64,000 bases of DNA from an uncultured delta proteobacterium (GTDB taxonomy: Bacteria > Myxococcota_A > Polyangia > Polyangiales > Polyangiaceae), in contig CAVQUB010000001.1 of NCBI GenBank assembly GCA_963716725.1, positions 225,901 to 289,900 on the forward strand, read 5' to 3'. The position numbers and the translations under genes are program-made. Positions within the stretch are counted from its first letter, which is position 1. The number at the start of each line of letters is the position of its first letter. Positions 31,489 to 42,043 of this stretch are shown here, one piece after another. The notes under the pieces were generated by a model, which was not told where the DNA came from, searched no databases, and saw only the letters and a program-made list of their open reading frames with translations.

Positions 31489-31938
31489 ATGTTCCGCGGA
31501 CAGTTCGCTCATACGATCGACGCCAAGGGCAGGGTCAGCCTGCCGGCGCGCTTTCGTGACGGACTCGTGTCGCAGGGGGACTCGCGCTTCATCCTGACCC
31601 CCGCGCTCTTCGACCCCTGCCTGCACCTCTACCCGATGCGCGGGTGGGAGGAGCTCGAGGAGAAGATCGCGGGGCTGCCGAGCTTCGACCCGAACATCGT
31701 TCGCTTCCGCCGGCTCTACGTCTCGGCCGCCATCGAGTGCGAGCTCGACAAGGCGGGTCGGGTGCTCGTGCCTCCCACGCTCCGCGACCGTGCGGCCCTG
31801 GCGAAGGACGCGCTGTGGGCGGGCATGGGACGGACCGTCGAGCTGTGGGCGAAGGAGAAGTGGGAAGTGGAGCTCACGCTTTCCGATGACGAGCGCGTCG
31901 CGCTCGAGCGGGCGGTGATGGAGCAGATCAAGGTATGA
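31489..31938 (+). CDS. mraZ: Division/cell wall cluster repressor MraZ
   Basis: MFRGQFAHTIDAKGRVSLPARFR and ELDKAGRVLVP motifs. Confidence 0.96.
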   Translation: MFRGQFAHTIDAKGRVSLPARFRDGLVSQGDSRFILTPALFDPCLHLYPMRGWEELEEKIAGLPSFDPNIVRFRRLYVSAAIECELDKAGRVLVPPTLRDRAALAKDALWAGMGRTVELWAKEKWEVELTLSDDERVALERAVMEQIKV

Positions 31939-32858
31939 TGACCGTGCCAACGACGAGCGACGACACGCCCAGCTTCGAGCACGTCACGGTCCTGGCGAAG
32001 GAGGTGCTGCGCGCCTTGGCCCCCGAACGCGGTGGCCTCTACCTGGACGTGACGGCCGGCGGCGGCGGTCATGCGGCGGCGATCTTGCTCTCGGCGCAAA
32101 ACGCCCGGGTGATCGCCTTCGATCGTGATCTGGTGGCGGTCGCGGCAGCTCGCAAGCGCCTCGCGCCCTTCGGAGAGCGTGCGCTCGTCGTGCACTGCGC
32201 CTTCAGCGGGGTCGCGGACTGGCTCGTCTCCGCCGAGATGGGTCAGGTCCAGGGGCTCATCGCCGACCTGGGCGTGAGCTCGCATCAGCTCGCGGATCGC
32301 GAGCGCGGAATGAGCTTCCGCAGCGAGGGGCCCCTCGACATGCGGATGGACACGACGGAAGGCGAGACCGCGCGTGAGCTGATCGAGCGGGTGTCACAGG
32401 ACGAGCTGGCTGACATCATCTACCAGCTCGGTGAGGAGCGACGCTCGCGGCGGGTCGCCGCATGCATCAAGCAGGCACTGGCCGCTGGCGAGCTCGAGAC
32501 GACGTCGGAGCTGCGGCGCGCCGTGGTGCGAGCCGTCGGACCGCGACGCGTTGGCGGTATCGACCCGGCGACACGCACCTTTCAAGCGCTGCGTATCGCG
32601 GTGAACTCCGAGCTCGACGAGCTTCGTGACTTGATCGACGCGCTGCCCGCCATCTTGGCCGAGGGCGGCGTCGCAGCCATCATCAGCTTCCACTCCCTCG
32701 AAGACCGGCTGGTCAAGCGAGCGTTCCTGCAACGCACGATCTGGGAGCGTCTGAACAACAAGCCCGTCGTCGCCGACGAGGACGAGCGAGCCGAAAACCC
32801 CCGATCGCGCAGCGCCAAGCTCCGCGCCGCGCGTCGCGTCGTTCAGGAGGCCTCGTGA
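31935..32858 (+). CDS. rsmH: 16S rRNA m4C1402 methyltransferase
   Basis: GGGGH, DLGVSSHQ, PLDMRM, ISFHSLEDR and NPRSRSAKLR motifs. Confidence 0.96.
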   Translation: MMTVPTTSDDTPSFEHVTVLAKEVLRALAPERGGLYLDVTAGGGGHAAAILLSAQNARVIAFDRDLVAVAAARKRLAPFGERALVVHCAFSGVADWLVSAEMGQVQGLIADLGVSSHQLADRERGMSFRSEGPLDMRMDTTEGETARELIERVSQDELADIIYQLGEERRSRRVAACIKQALAAGELETTSELRRAVVRAVGPRRVGGIDPATRTFQALRIAVNSELDELRDLIDALPAILAEGGVAAIISFHSLEDRLVKRAFLQRTIWERLNNKPVVADEDERAENPRSRSAKLRAARRVVQEAS

Positions 32859-33301
32859 GGCATCGGAAGAGCCCATTTCTCACGCTCTGGACCTTGGCTG
32901 TCTTGGCAGCGACGGCGGCCTTCGTGCTCTACCTGGGGCTCCGCGTTCGCAGCGTGGAGCTCGGATACGAGCTCGGACGAGCCCACGCACGCGTTGCTCG
33001 CCTGCGCGAAGTCAAGCGTGTGCTCGAGCTCGAGCTCGCGAGTCACAAGGCGCCGGAGCGCGTCGACATGGTGGCGCGATCGCTGCTCGGCATGAGCGAG
33101 CCCTCGGCAGATCGGATCGTGCCTGCGGGCCCGCAGCCCGCGGATGAGGGGTCGAATGGGGTGAAGCCGAACGCGGTCACCGACGAGGTCTCGGCGGAGG
33201 ACACCTCGGCCGCAGCGGCTCCGAACACCCCCGCGGGGGCGCCCCGTCCCTTGGCGCCAGCAGCACCTGCCGGCCAGTCCTGGGAGGAGTCTGACGAATG
33301 A
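32855..33301 (+). CDS. ftsL: Cell division protein FtsL
   Basis: TM followed by a coiled coil; lies between rsmH and ftsI. Confidence 0.8.
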   Translation: MRHRKSPFLTLWTLAVLAATAAFVLYLGLRVRSVELGYELGRAHARVARLREVKRVLELELASHKAPERVDMVARSLLGMSEPSADRIVPAGPQPADEGSNGVKPNAVTDEVSAEDTSAAAAPNTPAGAPRPLAPAAPAGQSWEESDE

Positions 33302-35379
33302 GCAGCCTCGATACTCCTCGTGGTCGCTGGATCCGCCTTCGCATGGGCATCCTGTGCGGCTTCCTCGCGCTCGGCCTCGGAGTGGTGGTGACATCGGGCT
33401 ACGATTTGATGATCGGCGAGGGCGCCGAGTGGCGCGAGCTGGCGGAGAAACAGCGGCAGCGCCGGCTGCACGTCACGCCCAAGCGCGGAACGATCTACGA
33501 CCGCAACAAAAACGCGCTCGCTGTGAGCGTCGAGGTGCCCAGCGTGAGCCTCGATTCCGTCGAGCTCTTGCGAAACGTCCCGGCGCAGCAGATCCCAATG
33601 GTCGCGCGCGACGCGGCTAACCGCATCGCTCAGGCGCTCTCGCTCGATCCGGCGCTGATCGAACGAAAGATCCTCCAGAAGCGCCGCTTCACCTGGCTCA
33701 AACGCCAAATCACGGCGGACGAAGCCGAGCGCGTGCGGGCGCTGGGCAGCAAGGACGGTTTGGGCGGCAAGCCCGTGCGCGGCATGGTCGTCGAAGGCGA
33801 GGGCCGGCGCTACTACCCCCGCCGTGAGCTGGCCGGACCGTTGCTCGGCTTCGTCGCACCCGACGGCGAAGGCAAAGACGGCTTCGAATACAGCATGAAC
33901 CAGGAGCTGAAGGGGCACGTGGAGCAACTCCGCGGGTTGCGCGACCGTTCCGGGCGTCTGCTCTTTGCCGAAGGAGTCCAGGACGAGCAAGCGCTGGCTG
34001 GACACAACGTCGAGCTGACGCTCGACCAAGGCATTCAGTTCGCGGCGGAGCGCGAGCTCGCCCATGCCGCTCGGACCTTCGAGGCCGCGGGCGGGAGCGT
34101 CATCGTCGTCGACCCGTGGACCGGAGAAATCCTCGCGGCGGCGAGCTGGCCTGGCTACAACCCGAACGACTACGGCGACAGCGAGCCGGCGCAACGGCGG
34201 GATCGCGGCATGAACGATGCGTTCGAGCCGGGCTCGACGATCAAGATGTTCACCATCGCCGCCGGGCTCTCAGCGGGCGTGATTACTGCCGATCAGAAGC
34301 TGTTTTGCGAGAAGGGCATGATGCCCGTCGACAACGTCGTGATCCGCGACACCCATCCGTCGGGCTGGCTGACCGTCGCGCAGGTGTTGGCTATTTCGTC
34401 CAACATCTGTTCGGCAAAAGTGGGCCTGGGCCTCGGTGGCGACAAGCTCTACGAGACCTTGCTCCGATTCGGTTTCGGCCAAGAGTCGGGCGTGCCGCTG
34501 CCCGGTGAGGCGAGCGGGACCCTGCGCCCGCGTGGACGGCCTTGGGTTCAGGTCGAGATCGCGTCCGCTGCCTTCGGTCAGGGCATCAGCGTCACCAACC
34601 TGCAGCTCGCCATGGCGTCGGCGGCCATCGCCAATGGCGGCGAGCTGATGGAGCCGCTGCTCATCAAGCGGGTCACGACCGCCACCGGGGAGGTCGTCCG
34701 CGAAGCGACGCCGAAGGTGCGTCGCCGGGTGATCCAGAAGCGAGTCGCGCAGACCATCACCGAGCTGTTGATCGCCGTGACCGAAGGCGAAGGCACGGGT
34801 CTCGAGGCGGCCATCGACGGCTACCAGGTGGCTGGCAAGACCGCCACGGCGCAGAAGACGGATCCGGCCACCGGGCGTTACTCCCTCGAGAAGTACATGG
34901 CGAGCTTCGTGGGATACGTGCCGGCCAAGAAGCCCGTGGTCGCCATCAGCGTGATCGTGGACGAGCCCATGGTCGAGCACGCCGGCGGCGCGGTGGCAGC
35001 ACCGATCTTTCGTCGGGTTGCCCAAGCCGCCCTCAAGTACAAGGGACTCACGCCCATCGGGAAGGAACGCGTCGACGTGGCGACGCTCGGCTCGAAGCCC
35101 GACCGCGCGAACGTCGCCTACGAAATGCTGCGGGAAGCCCAGGGCAAGAAGCCTGCGGTGCAGGACGGCGTCGCGGCTTCGGGTCCCGTGCCGGCAGGCA
35201 AGGTGCGTGTGCCGGACATGACCGGGTGGCCCGCGCGCGCGGCGGTGCGGCAGGCATACGAGCTCGGGGTCGAGCCCCGGCTGACGGGCACGGGCCTGGT
35301 GGCCAAGCAAGACCCGCCGCCCGGCGGAGTCGTCGACAAAGGCGCGAGCATCACCCTCGTGTTCGAGCCCGCTTCATGA
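33298..35379 (+). CDS. ftsI: Peptidoglycan transpeptidase FtsI (PBP3) with a PASTA domain
   Basis: RGTIYDRN, EPGSTIK (SxxK), SSN and GKTATAQ motifs. Confidence 0.95.
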   Translation: MSSLDTPRGRWIRLRMGILCGFLALGLGVVVTSGYDLMIGEGAEWRELAEKQRQRRLHVTPKRGTIYDRNKNALAVSVEVPSVSLDSVELLRNVPAQQIPMVARDAANRIAQALSLDPALIERKILQKRRFTWLKRQITADEAERVRALGSKDGLGGKPVRGMVVEGEGRRYYPRRELAGPLLGFVAPDGEGKDGFEYSMNQELKGHVEQLRGLRDRSGRLLFAEGVQDEQALAGHNVELTLDQGIQFAAERELAHAARTFEAAGGSVIVVDPWTGEILAAASWPGYNPNDYGDSEPAQRRDRGMNDAFEPGSTIKMFTIAAGLSAGVITADQKLFCEKGMMPVDNVVIRDTHPSGWLTVAQVLAISSNICSAKVGLGLGGDKLYETLLRFGFGQESGVPLPGEASGTLRPRGRPWVQVEIASAAFGQGISVTNLQLAMASAAIANGGELMEPLLIKRVTTATGEVVREATPKVRRRVIQKRVAQTITELLIAVTEGEGTGLEAAIDGYQVAGKTATAQKTDPATGRYSLEKYMASFVGYVPAKKPVVAISVIVDEPMVEHAGGAVAAPIFRRVAQAALKYKGLTPIGKERVDVATLGSKPDRANVAYEMLREAQGKKPAVQDGVAASGPVPAGKVRVPDMTGWPARAAVRQAYELGVEPRLTGTGLVAKQDPPPGGVVDKGASITLVFEPAS

Positions 35380-36902
35380 CCTTGGCTCAGATGACCTCCA
35401 CCTCGCTCGAACCCGGTTTGACGCTCGGCGAGCTCGGCGCCGAGCTGGCGAGCCTCGGTGCGCGGCTCACCGGCGATCCCGGCGTGCGAATCAGCGACGT
35501 GCGACAGGACTCCCGTCGTGTGGTGCCCGGCGACCTGTTTGCGGCGCGCTCCGGCGGGCAGTCCGACGGCACGAGCTTCGTGCGTGACTCGGTCGCACGA
35601 GGCGCTCGTGCGGTGATGATCCAGCGCGGGACCGCCCTGCCCGACGTCCGGGTTCCGATCATCGAGGTGCCCGACGTCCGGCTCGCAGTGGCCTTCGCGG
35701 CCGAGGCAGTCCACCACCATCCGTCGCGATCCGTCAGCGTGGTAGGCATCACCGGGACCAACGGCAAGACCACGACCAGCTACCTGACGGCGGCGGCCGT
35801 CGCGGCGGCCGGCGGAAGAGTCGGCCGGCTCGGCACCCTGGGGTTTGCCTTCGAGGACGACGTGGTCGACTCGGCGCTCACCACACCCGAGGCCGACGAA
35901 GTCACGAGGCTCGTCGCGCGGATCCGAAATCGGGGCGGGAGCCACTTGGTCATGGAAGCATCCAGCCATGCGCTGAGCCTGTGCCGGGTCGAAGCGCTCT
36001 CCTTTGCCGTCGCAGTCTTCACGAATCTGACGCAGGACCACCTGGACTTCCACGGCAGCATGGACGCCTACGCGGCGGCCAAGCTGCGGTTGTTCACCGA
36101 GCTGTCGCCGAAGGTCGCCGTGGTGAACGTGGACGACGCCTTCGGGGTCACCATCGCCGAAGGCGCGAGCGGGCGCGTGCTGCGCGTGAGCAAGCGGCCG
36201 GGCGGCGCCGACGTGTGTCCCCTGCGCGTCAGCGTCGATGCTCGCGGCATCCGCGGCACCGTGCGCCTGCCCTCGGGTCAGGTCGAGATCGTCAGTCGGC
36301 TCGTGGGCGCTCACAACCTCGACAACCTGCTGGCTGCGCTGGCCGTGGTGGAGGGGCTGGGCCTCGACCCCGAGCGCGCGGCGCGAGGTCTCGAGTCCGC
36401 CCCGGCAGTTCCCGGTCGCCTCGAGCGCTGCGACACCCCGGATGACGACGTGCTCGTCCTCGTGGACTATGCGCACACGCCGGACGCCCTCGAGCGGGTG
36501 CTTCAGACCTGCCGCACCCTGACCGCGGGCGAGCTGATCTGCGCGTTCGGATGTGGTGGCGATCGGGATCGCGGCAAACGTCCGAAGATGGGCGACGCAG
36601 TCGGGCGCTTGGCCCGCCGCGCCGTCGTCACGAGCGACAACCCGCGCAGCGAAGAGCCGAGCGCCATCGTCCGCGACATCGTGCCGGGTCTCGACGCGCA
36701 CCAGATCCCCTACGAAATCGAGCTCGACCGGGCGCGCGCCATCGATCGTGCGATCCTGAGCGCTTCGCCGGGCGACGTCGTGCTCATCGCCGGCAAGGGG
36801 CACGAGCCCTATCAGATCCTGGGCAGCGAGCGTCGAGAGTTCGATGATCGCGTCGAGGCGCGTCGCGCGCTGGCGCTGCGACGAGCGGGAAGGCGCAGCT
36901 GA
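35376..36902 (+). CDS. murE: UDP-MurNAc-tripeptide synthetase
   Basis: GITGTNGKTT, DYAHTPD, DNPR (meso-DAP specificity) and GKGHE motifs. Confidence 0.96.
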   Translation: MTLAQMTSTSLEPGLTLGELGAELASLGARLTGDPGVRISDVRQDSRRVVPGDLFAARSGGQSDGTSFVRDSVARGARAVMIQRGTALPDVRVPIIEVPDVRLAVAFAAEAVHHHPSRSVSVVGITGTNGKTTTSYLTAAAVAAAGGRVGRLGTLGFAFEDDVVDSALTTPEADEVTRLVARIRNRGGSHLVMEASSHALSLCRVEALSFAVAVFTNLTQDHLDFHGSMDAYAAAKLRLFTELSPKVAVVNVDDAFGVTIAEGASGRVLRVSKRPGGADVCPLRVSVDARGIRGTVRLPSGQVEIVSRLVGAHNLDNLLAALAVVEGLGLDPERAARGLESAPAVPGRLERCDTPDDDVLVLVDYAHTPDALERVLQTCRTLTAGELICAFGCGGDRDRGKRPKMGDAVGRLARRAVVTSDNPRSEEPSAIVRDIVPGLDAHQIPYEIELDRARAIDRAILSASPGDVVLIAGKGHEPYQILGSERREFDDRVEARRALALRRAGRRS

Positions 36903-38329
36903 TGGCGACGCCCATTCCGGACAACCGCGCGGCCTTCTCCCTGGAGGAGCTGATCGAGGCCACCGGCGCCATCGTGCGCGCGGGCGAGCACGGCGCCGTG
37001 AGCGGCGTGGCCACGGACTCGCGGGCAGACGTCGCGGGCAAGCTCTTCGTCGCGCTGACCGGCGACCGCTTCGATGGCCACGACTTCGTCGCCGATGTGG
37101 TTCGACGGGGCGCGCATGGCGTGGTCGTGAGCCGCGACGTCGAGGTGCCTGGCTCGGCCAGCGTGCTGCGCGTCGGCGACACCCTCGGGGCGTTGGGCGG
37201 CGTCGCCCGTTTCCACCGACGCCGTTGGGGCAAGTGCGTGGTGGCCGTGGGAGGCTCGGCGGGCAAGACCACCACCAAGGGAGCCATCGCGGCGCTGCTC
37301 GAGGCCGCCATGCCCGGCGCCGTGCACGCCGAGCGCGGCAATCTGAACAACTTGGTTGGCGCGCCGATGGTCCTCTTGGGGCTCCGCGACGAGCACGGCG
37401 TGGGTGTCGTCGAGCTCGGCACCAATCAGCGGGGGGAGATCCTGCGCCTCTCCGGCATTGCCGAGGCCGATGTCGCGGTGCTCACGCTGGTTGCCATCGA
37501 GCACTCGGAGGGCATTGGCGGCATTGACGCCATCGAGGCCGAGGAAGGCGCGCTCTTCGACGCGCTCGGGGCGGCGGGCACCGCCATCGGCAACTCGGAC
37601 GATGAACGCGTCGAGCGCCGGCTGCGCGCGTCGCCTGCGGTTCAGGCCATCCGCTACGGCAGCGCGGCTCCCGCCGAGTACCGCGTGGTCGGCCGAAAGG
37701 CGCTGGATCTGCACCGCGTGCAGGTCGAGATCGCGCGACCGAGGGGCGGCCCCGTGCGGGTGGAGACCCGGCTGCTCGGCGCATCCGGAGCTCTGGCGCT
37801 GGCCGGGGGGCTCGCAGTGGCGGAGCGCGTCGTCGGCGAGCCGCTGCCCATGAGCGTGATCGAGCGTGCCGTCGCCCAGCTCGGGGCGGGTGAGGCCCAG
37901 CGCCTCTGCCCTGTCGAGCTCTCCGACGGCAGCGTGGTCATCGACGACACCTACAACGCGAATCCCGCCAGCGTGCTGAGCTCCGCGGAGACAGCCCGGG
38001 AAATCGCCCGGGAGCGCGGCGCGCGTTTGCTCTTGGTGGTGGGGGAGATGCGCGAGCTCGGTTCGTTCAGCGTCAGCGAGCACCAGGAACTCGGCCGTGC
38101 GCTGGCGATTTTGGAGGCCCAGGCCCTGATCGCCGTCGGCGGCGACGCTGCGCATCTGGCGGCCGCTGCCGGTCCCCGAGCGACCTTTGCCAAAGACGCA
38201 GACGAGGCACTGGGCTCGGTGCTCGCCCTCTGGCAGGCGGGCGACGTGGTTCTGGTCAAGGCGTCCCGGGGAGTCCGCGCCGAGCGCGTCGTCGAAGGAC
38301 TGATTCGAGCGAAGGGCAGGGCCGCGTGA
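36902..38329 (+). CDS. murF: UDP-MurNAc-pentapeptide ligase
   Basis: GSAGKTTTK, DDTYNANP, MRELG and KASRG motifs. Confidence 0.95.
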   Translation: MATPIPDNRAAFSLEELIEATGAIVRAGEHGAVSGVATDSRADVAGKLFVALTGDRFDGHDFVADVVRRGAHGVVVSRDVEVPGSASVLRVGDTLGALGGVARFHRRRWGKCVVAVGGSAGKTTTKGAIAALLEAAMPGAVHAERGNLNNLVGAPMVLLGLRDEHGVGVVELGTNQRGEILRLSGIAEADVAVLTLVAIEHSEGIGGIDAIEAEEGALFDALGAAGTAIGNSDDERVERRLRASPAVQAIRYGSAAPAEYRVVGRKALDLHRVQVEIARPRGGPVRVETRLLGASGALALAGGLAVAERVVGEPLPMSVIERAVAQLGAGEAQRLCPVELSDGSVVIDDTYNANPASVLSSAETAREIARERGARLLLVVGEMRELGSFSVSEHQELGRALAILEAQALIAVGGDAAHLAAAAGPRATFAKDADEALGSVLALWQAGDVVLVKASRGVRAERVVEGLIRAKGRAA

Positions 38330-39456
38330 TCTACGAGCTGCTCTATCCGCTCTCGCTGAAGTACGGCTGGGCCGGCGCGCTCAACGTGCTCCGCTACACC
38401 CCCTTTCGCGCGATCATGGCCACCATCACCGCGATGGTGATGTGCTTCGTGCTGGCGCCTTGGTTCATCCGCACGCTGCAGACGAAGCAAATCGGCCAGG
38501 TGATCCGCGCCGACGGCCCCGAGTCGCACAAGATCAAGGCTGGCACCCCCACCATGGGCGGGGCGCTGATCCTGTTGGCGGTGTTGGTCCCCACCGCGCT
38601 GTGGGCCGACGTGAAGAACGTATTCGTGCTCGCCACCACCGCCGTCACCGCGGGTTACGGCGCTATCGGCTACCTGGACGATCGGCTCAAGATCGAAGGC
38701 CGGAGCTCCAAGGGGCTGCCCGGTCGCTACAAGCTGATGGGGCAGTTGCTCATCGGCGGCGGGGCCATCGGCTACCTCTTTCTGGGCACCGGCAAGCTGA
38801 CCCCCGAGTGGCTCGCGATCCGCGGGCGGCTCGCGATTCCGTTCGCGGCCTTCGACAAACACCAAATCGACCTGCCGCTGTGGTTCTACTTTGCGTTTGC
38901 GTTGCTGGTGGTCGTGGCCACGAGCAACGCCGTCAACCTCACCGACGGGCTCGACGGGCTCGCCATCGGTCCGGTGATGATCAACGCCGGGACCTACGTC
39001 GTGTGGGCCTACATCGCCGGCTCGGTGTTGTTCGGCCGACCGCTCGCCACCTATCTGCACATCGCCGGCATCCCGGAGATGACCGAGCTCGCCGTGTTCG
39101 GCGCGGCGGTGATAGGCGCGGGGATCGGCTTTCTTTGGTACAACACCTATCCTGCCCAGGTCTTCATGGGCGACGTGGGATCGCTCTCCCTCGGTGGTGG
39201 GCTCGGCATGATGGCCGTGCTCACCAAGACCGAGCTCTTGAGCGTCCTCTTGGGCGGCATCTTCGTGGTCGAAGCGGTCAGCGTCATCACGCAGGTGGCT
39301 AGCTTCAAGCTGTTCAAGAAACGCATCTTCTTGATGGCGCCGATCCACCATCACTTCGAGAAGAAGGGCTGGCCGGAGCCGCGCATCATCGTCCGCTTTT
39401 GGATCATCTCCATCCTGCTCGCGCTGGTGTCGCTGAGCTCGCTCAAGCTGAGGTAA
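38326..39456 (+). CDS. mraY: Phospho-N-acetylmuramoyl-pentapeptide transferase
   Basis: GTPTMGG, NAVNLTDGLDGL, FMGDVGS and MAPIHHHFE motifs. Confidence 0.97.
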   Translation: MIYELLYPLSLKYGWAGALNVLRYTPFRAIMATITAMVMCFVLAPWFIRTLQTKQIGQVIRADGPESHKIKAGTPTMGGALILLAVLVPTALWADVKNVFVLATTAVTAGYGAIGYLDDRLKIEGRSSKGLPGRYKLMGQLLIGGGAIGYLFLGTGKLTPEWLAIRGRLAIPFAAFDKHQIDLPLWFYFAFALLVVVATSNAVNLTDGLDGLAIGPVMINAGTYVVWAYIAGSVLFGRPLATYLHIAGIPEMTELAVFGAAVIGAGIGFLWYNTYPAQVFMGDVGSLSLGGGLGMMAVLTKTELLSVLLGGIFVVEAVSVITQVASFKLFKKRIFLMAPIHHHFEKKGWPEPRIIVRFWIISILLALVSLSSLKLR

Positions 39457-39461
39457 GCGGC

Positions 39462-40793
39462 ATGGAGCTCTCGAACAAGCGCGTCATCGTGGTCGGCCTC
39501 GGCAAGAGCGGCATTTCCGCGGCGCGGCTGTGTCAGAGCCGTGGCGCGCGGGTACTCGGGACGGACGTTGCTCCGGCCGACCGGTTGCCGCCCGAGCTCT
39601 CAGAGCTCGACATCGAACTCCGGCTCGGCGGGCACACGGGGGTGGATTTCGCGGGCGCCGATCTGATCGTGCTCTCGCCAGGCGTCCCCCTGTTGCCGGA
39701 GGTGGCCGACGCCGAGCGAGCGGGCGTCTTGCTCATTGGCGAGATGGAGCTCGCCTCGCGCTTCGTGCGGGCGCCTATCCTGGCCGTCGGTGGCACCAAC
39801 GGGAAGAGCACGACGACCACGCTCTGCGCCGAGATGCTCAGCGCCGAGGGGAAGCGGATCTTCGCGGGCGCCAACCTCGGGCAGCCCGCATGCGACGCTG
39901 TCGGCGCTGAGATCGACGTTGCGGTGTTCGAGGTCTCGAGCTTTCAGCTCGAACACGCCCCGACCTTCCACCCCAAGGTGAGCGTGCTGCTCAACGTCAG
40001 CGAAGACCACCTGGACCGCTATGCGAGCTTCGCCGAGTACGCGTCGGCGAAGGGCAACGCCTTTGCCAACCAGACCGAGGACGACTTCGCGGTGATCCCG
40101 AGCGATGACGCCGCTTGCGACGAGCAGGCGCGGCGCGGACGCGGCAAAAGCATCCGTTTCGGCGCGGGCGGCGACTACGACCTCCAGGGTCGTCGGGTCG
40201 TCGAGGGAGCGACCGGCGAGTCGTTCTCCCTCGAAGGCGTCGCGCTCCACGGCCGACACAACCTGGAGAACGCAGCGGCTGCCATCGCCGCAGTGCGCGC
40301 TCTCGGCGCCGAGCGCCCGGCCATCGAAGCGGGCCTCGCGCGCTTCCGACCGCTTCAACATCGCATGGCCTTGGTGCGGGAGATCGATGGCGTTCGTTTT
40401 TACGACGACTCCAAGGGCACCAACGTCGGTGCGGCAGTGACCGCGCTGCGCGGGCTCGAAGAGCCCAAGGCCGTGCTGATCGCGGGTGGGCGCGACAAGC
40501 ACGGCAGCTACCGTTCGCTGGTCGACGCGCTGGTGGACAAGGGTCGTGCGGTGGTGCTGATCGGCGAAGCCGCCGAGCGCATCGCCGAGGCCGTTGGGTC
40601 CCGGGTCCCGGTGGCACGGGCCGGCAGCGTGGAAGAGGCGGTGCGCCTGGCCTTCGAGCTCGCAGGGTCCGGGGACGCGGTGCTCCTGTCGCCGGCCTGC
40701 TCCAGCTACGACATGTTCAAAGACTACGTCGAGCGGGGCAATCGCTTCGCCGCGGCGGCGAAGGCCCTCGGCAGCGTGGAGGCAGGGGCATGA
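39462..40793 (+). CDS. murD: UDP-MurNAc-L-Ala-D-Glu ligase
   Basis: GLGKSG, GTNGKSTT, DDSKGTN and LLSPACSSYD motifs. Confidence 0.96.
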   Translation: MELSNKRVIVVGLGKSGISAARLCQSRGARVLGTDVAPADRLPPELSELDIELRLGGHTGVDFAGADLIVLSPGVPLLPEVADAERAGVLLIGEMELASRFVRAPILAVGGTNGKSTTTTLCAEMLSAEGKRIFAGANLGQPACDAVGAEIDVAVFEVSSFQLEHAPTFHPKVSVLLNVSEDHLDRYASFAEYASAKGNAFANQTEDDFAVIPSDDAACDEQARRGRGKSIRFGAGGDYDLQGRRVVEGATGESFSLEGVALHGRHNLENAAAAIAAVRALGAERPAIEAGLARFRPLQHRMALVREIDGVRFYDDSKGTNVGAAVTALRGLEEPKAVLIAGGRDKHGSYRSLVDALVDKGRAVVLIGEAAERIAEAVGSRVPVARAGSVEEAVRLAFELAGSGDAVLLSPACSSYDMFKDYVERGNRFAAAAKALGSVEAGA

Positions 40794-42043
40794 ACCTGGT
40801 GAGAAAGTGGATTTCTCCCTCCCAGGGACCCGTCGATCCGGTCCTCGCGGCCATCGTCGTGGCGCTGATCGGATTCGGCGTGGTGATGGTCTACAGCGCG
40901 AGCGTCATCGAGGCGACGGTGGTGTTCCGTGACTCGCAGTACTTTCTCAAGCGACAGGCGGTGTTTGCCGGAGCATCGCTGATCCTGATCTGGGTGACCT
41001 CGCGCATCGACTACCACCGACTCCGCCCGCTGACCTATCCCATCCTCGGCAGCGTCTTCGTGCTGCTGGTGCTGGCGGTGGCCGGCTTTGGTCACACGGG
41101 CGGCGGCGCGACGCGTTGGCTGCGCCTGGGCCCCATCCACGTGCAGCCCTCGGAGGCCGCCAAGCTCGCGCTGATCCTGTGGCTGGCGTACTCGCTCGAG
41201 AAGAAGCGAGAGCAGATGAAGTCCTTCTCGGTCGGCATGGTGCCGCATCTGCTCATGGCCGGAGCGCTGATGCTGCTCTGCCTCAAGCAACCGGACTTCG
41301 GCGGCGCGGTGGTGCTCCTGTTCTTGACCTTCACGCTCTTGTTCGTGGCCGGCGCGCGGGTGGGCTACCTGCTCGGGGTCGCGATGCTCGGCGGGCTCGC
41401 GGCGGCCTGGCTGGTGCGGTTCACGAGCTACCGCTGGGAGCGCATGCTCGCCTGGTTCAACATGAGCGAGCACCGGCAGGATCTGGCGTATCAGCCCTTC
41501 CAGTCGGTGATGAGCTTTGGTTCGGGTCAGACTACCGGGCTCGGGCTCGGCAAGGGACTGCAGGTCCTGTATCTGCCGGAGGCCCACACCGACTTCATCT
41601 CCGCCATCATCGGCGAAGAGCTCGGGTTCATCGGGGTCTTGGCCCTGGCCGCGACCTATCTCTTCATCGTGGTCCGTGGAGTGCGAGCGGCGCTCCTGGC
41701 CAAAGACGACTACGGCTCGTACATCGCGTTCGGCGTGTCGATGCTGTTCGGAGTTCAGGCACTGGCGAACCTCGGTGTCGCGATGGCGGTTTTGCCGACC
41801 AAGGGCCTGACCTTGCCCTTCGTCAGCTACGGCGGGTCGTCGTTGTTGGTGAGCGCAGCTGCCATGGGCATCTTGCTCAACGTCACCCGCTCCCGCGAGG
41901 GCGCCGCGAACGAGCGAGTCGCCGAGCCCCAGGGGCCCAAGCCCGAAGCGAGCGCGATGCTCGTGTCCGAGGCGAACTTTGCAGAAGAAGCGACGGAGCC
42001 GCGGCGCCGTCGCGGCGCGCGGGCGGCCGAGGCGGCGACGTGA
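40790..42043 (+). CDS. ftsW: SEDS peptidoglycan polymerase FtsW
   Basis: QPSEAAK, QPDFG, LPEAHTDF and KGLTLPFVSYGGSS motifs. Confidence 0.96.
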   Translation: MNLVRKWISPSQGPVDPVLAAIVVALIGFGVVMVYSASVIEATVVFRDSQYFLKRQAVFAGASLILIWVTSRIDYHRLRPLTYPILGSVFVLLVLAVAGFGHTGGGATRWLRLGPIHVQPSEAAKLALILWLAYSLEKKREQMKSFSVGMVPHLLMAGALMLLCLKQPDFGGAVVLLFLTFTLLFVAGARVGYLLGVAMLGGLAAAWLVRFTSYRWERMLAWFNMSEHRQDLAYQPFQSVMSFGSGQTTGLGLGKGLQVLYLPEAHTDFISAIIGEELGFIGVLALAATYLFIVVRGVRAALLAKDDYGSYIAFGVSMLFGVQALANLGVAMAVLPTKGLTLPFVSYGGSSLLVSAAAMGILLNVTRSREGAANERVAEPQGPKPEASAMLVSEANFAEEATEPRRRRGARAAEAAT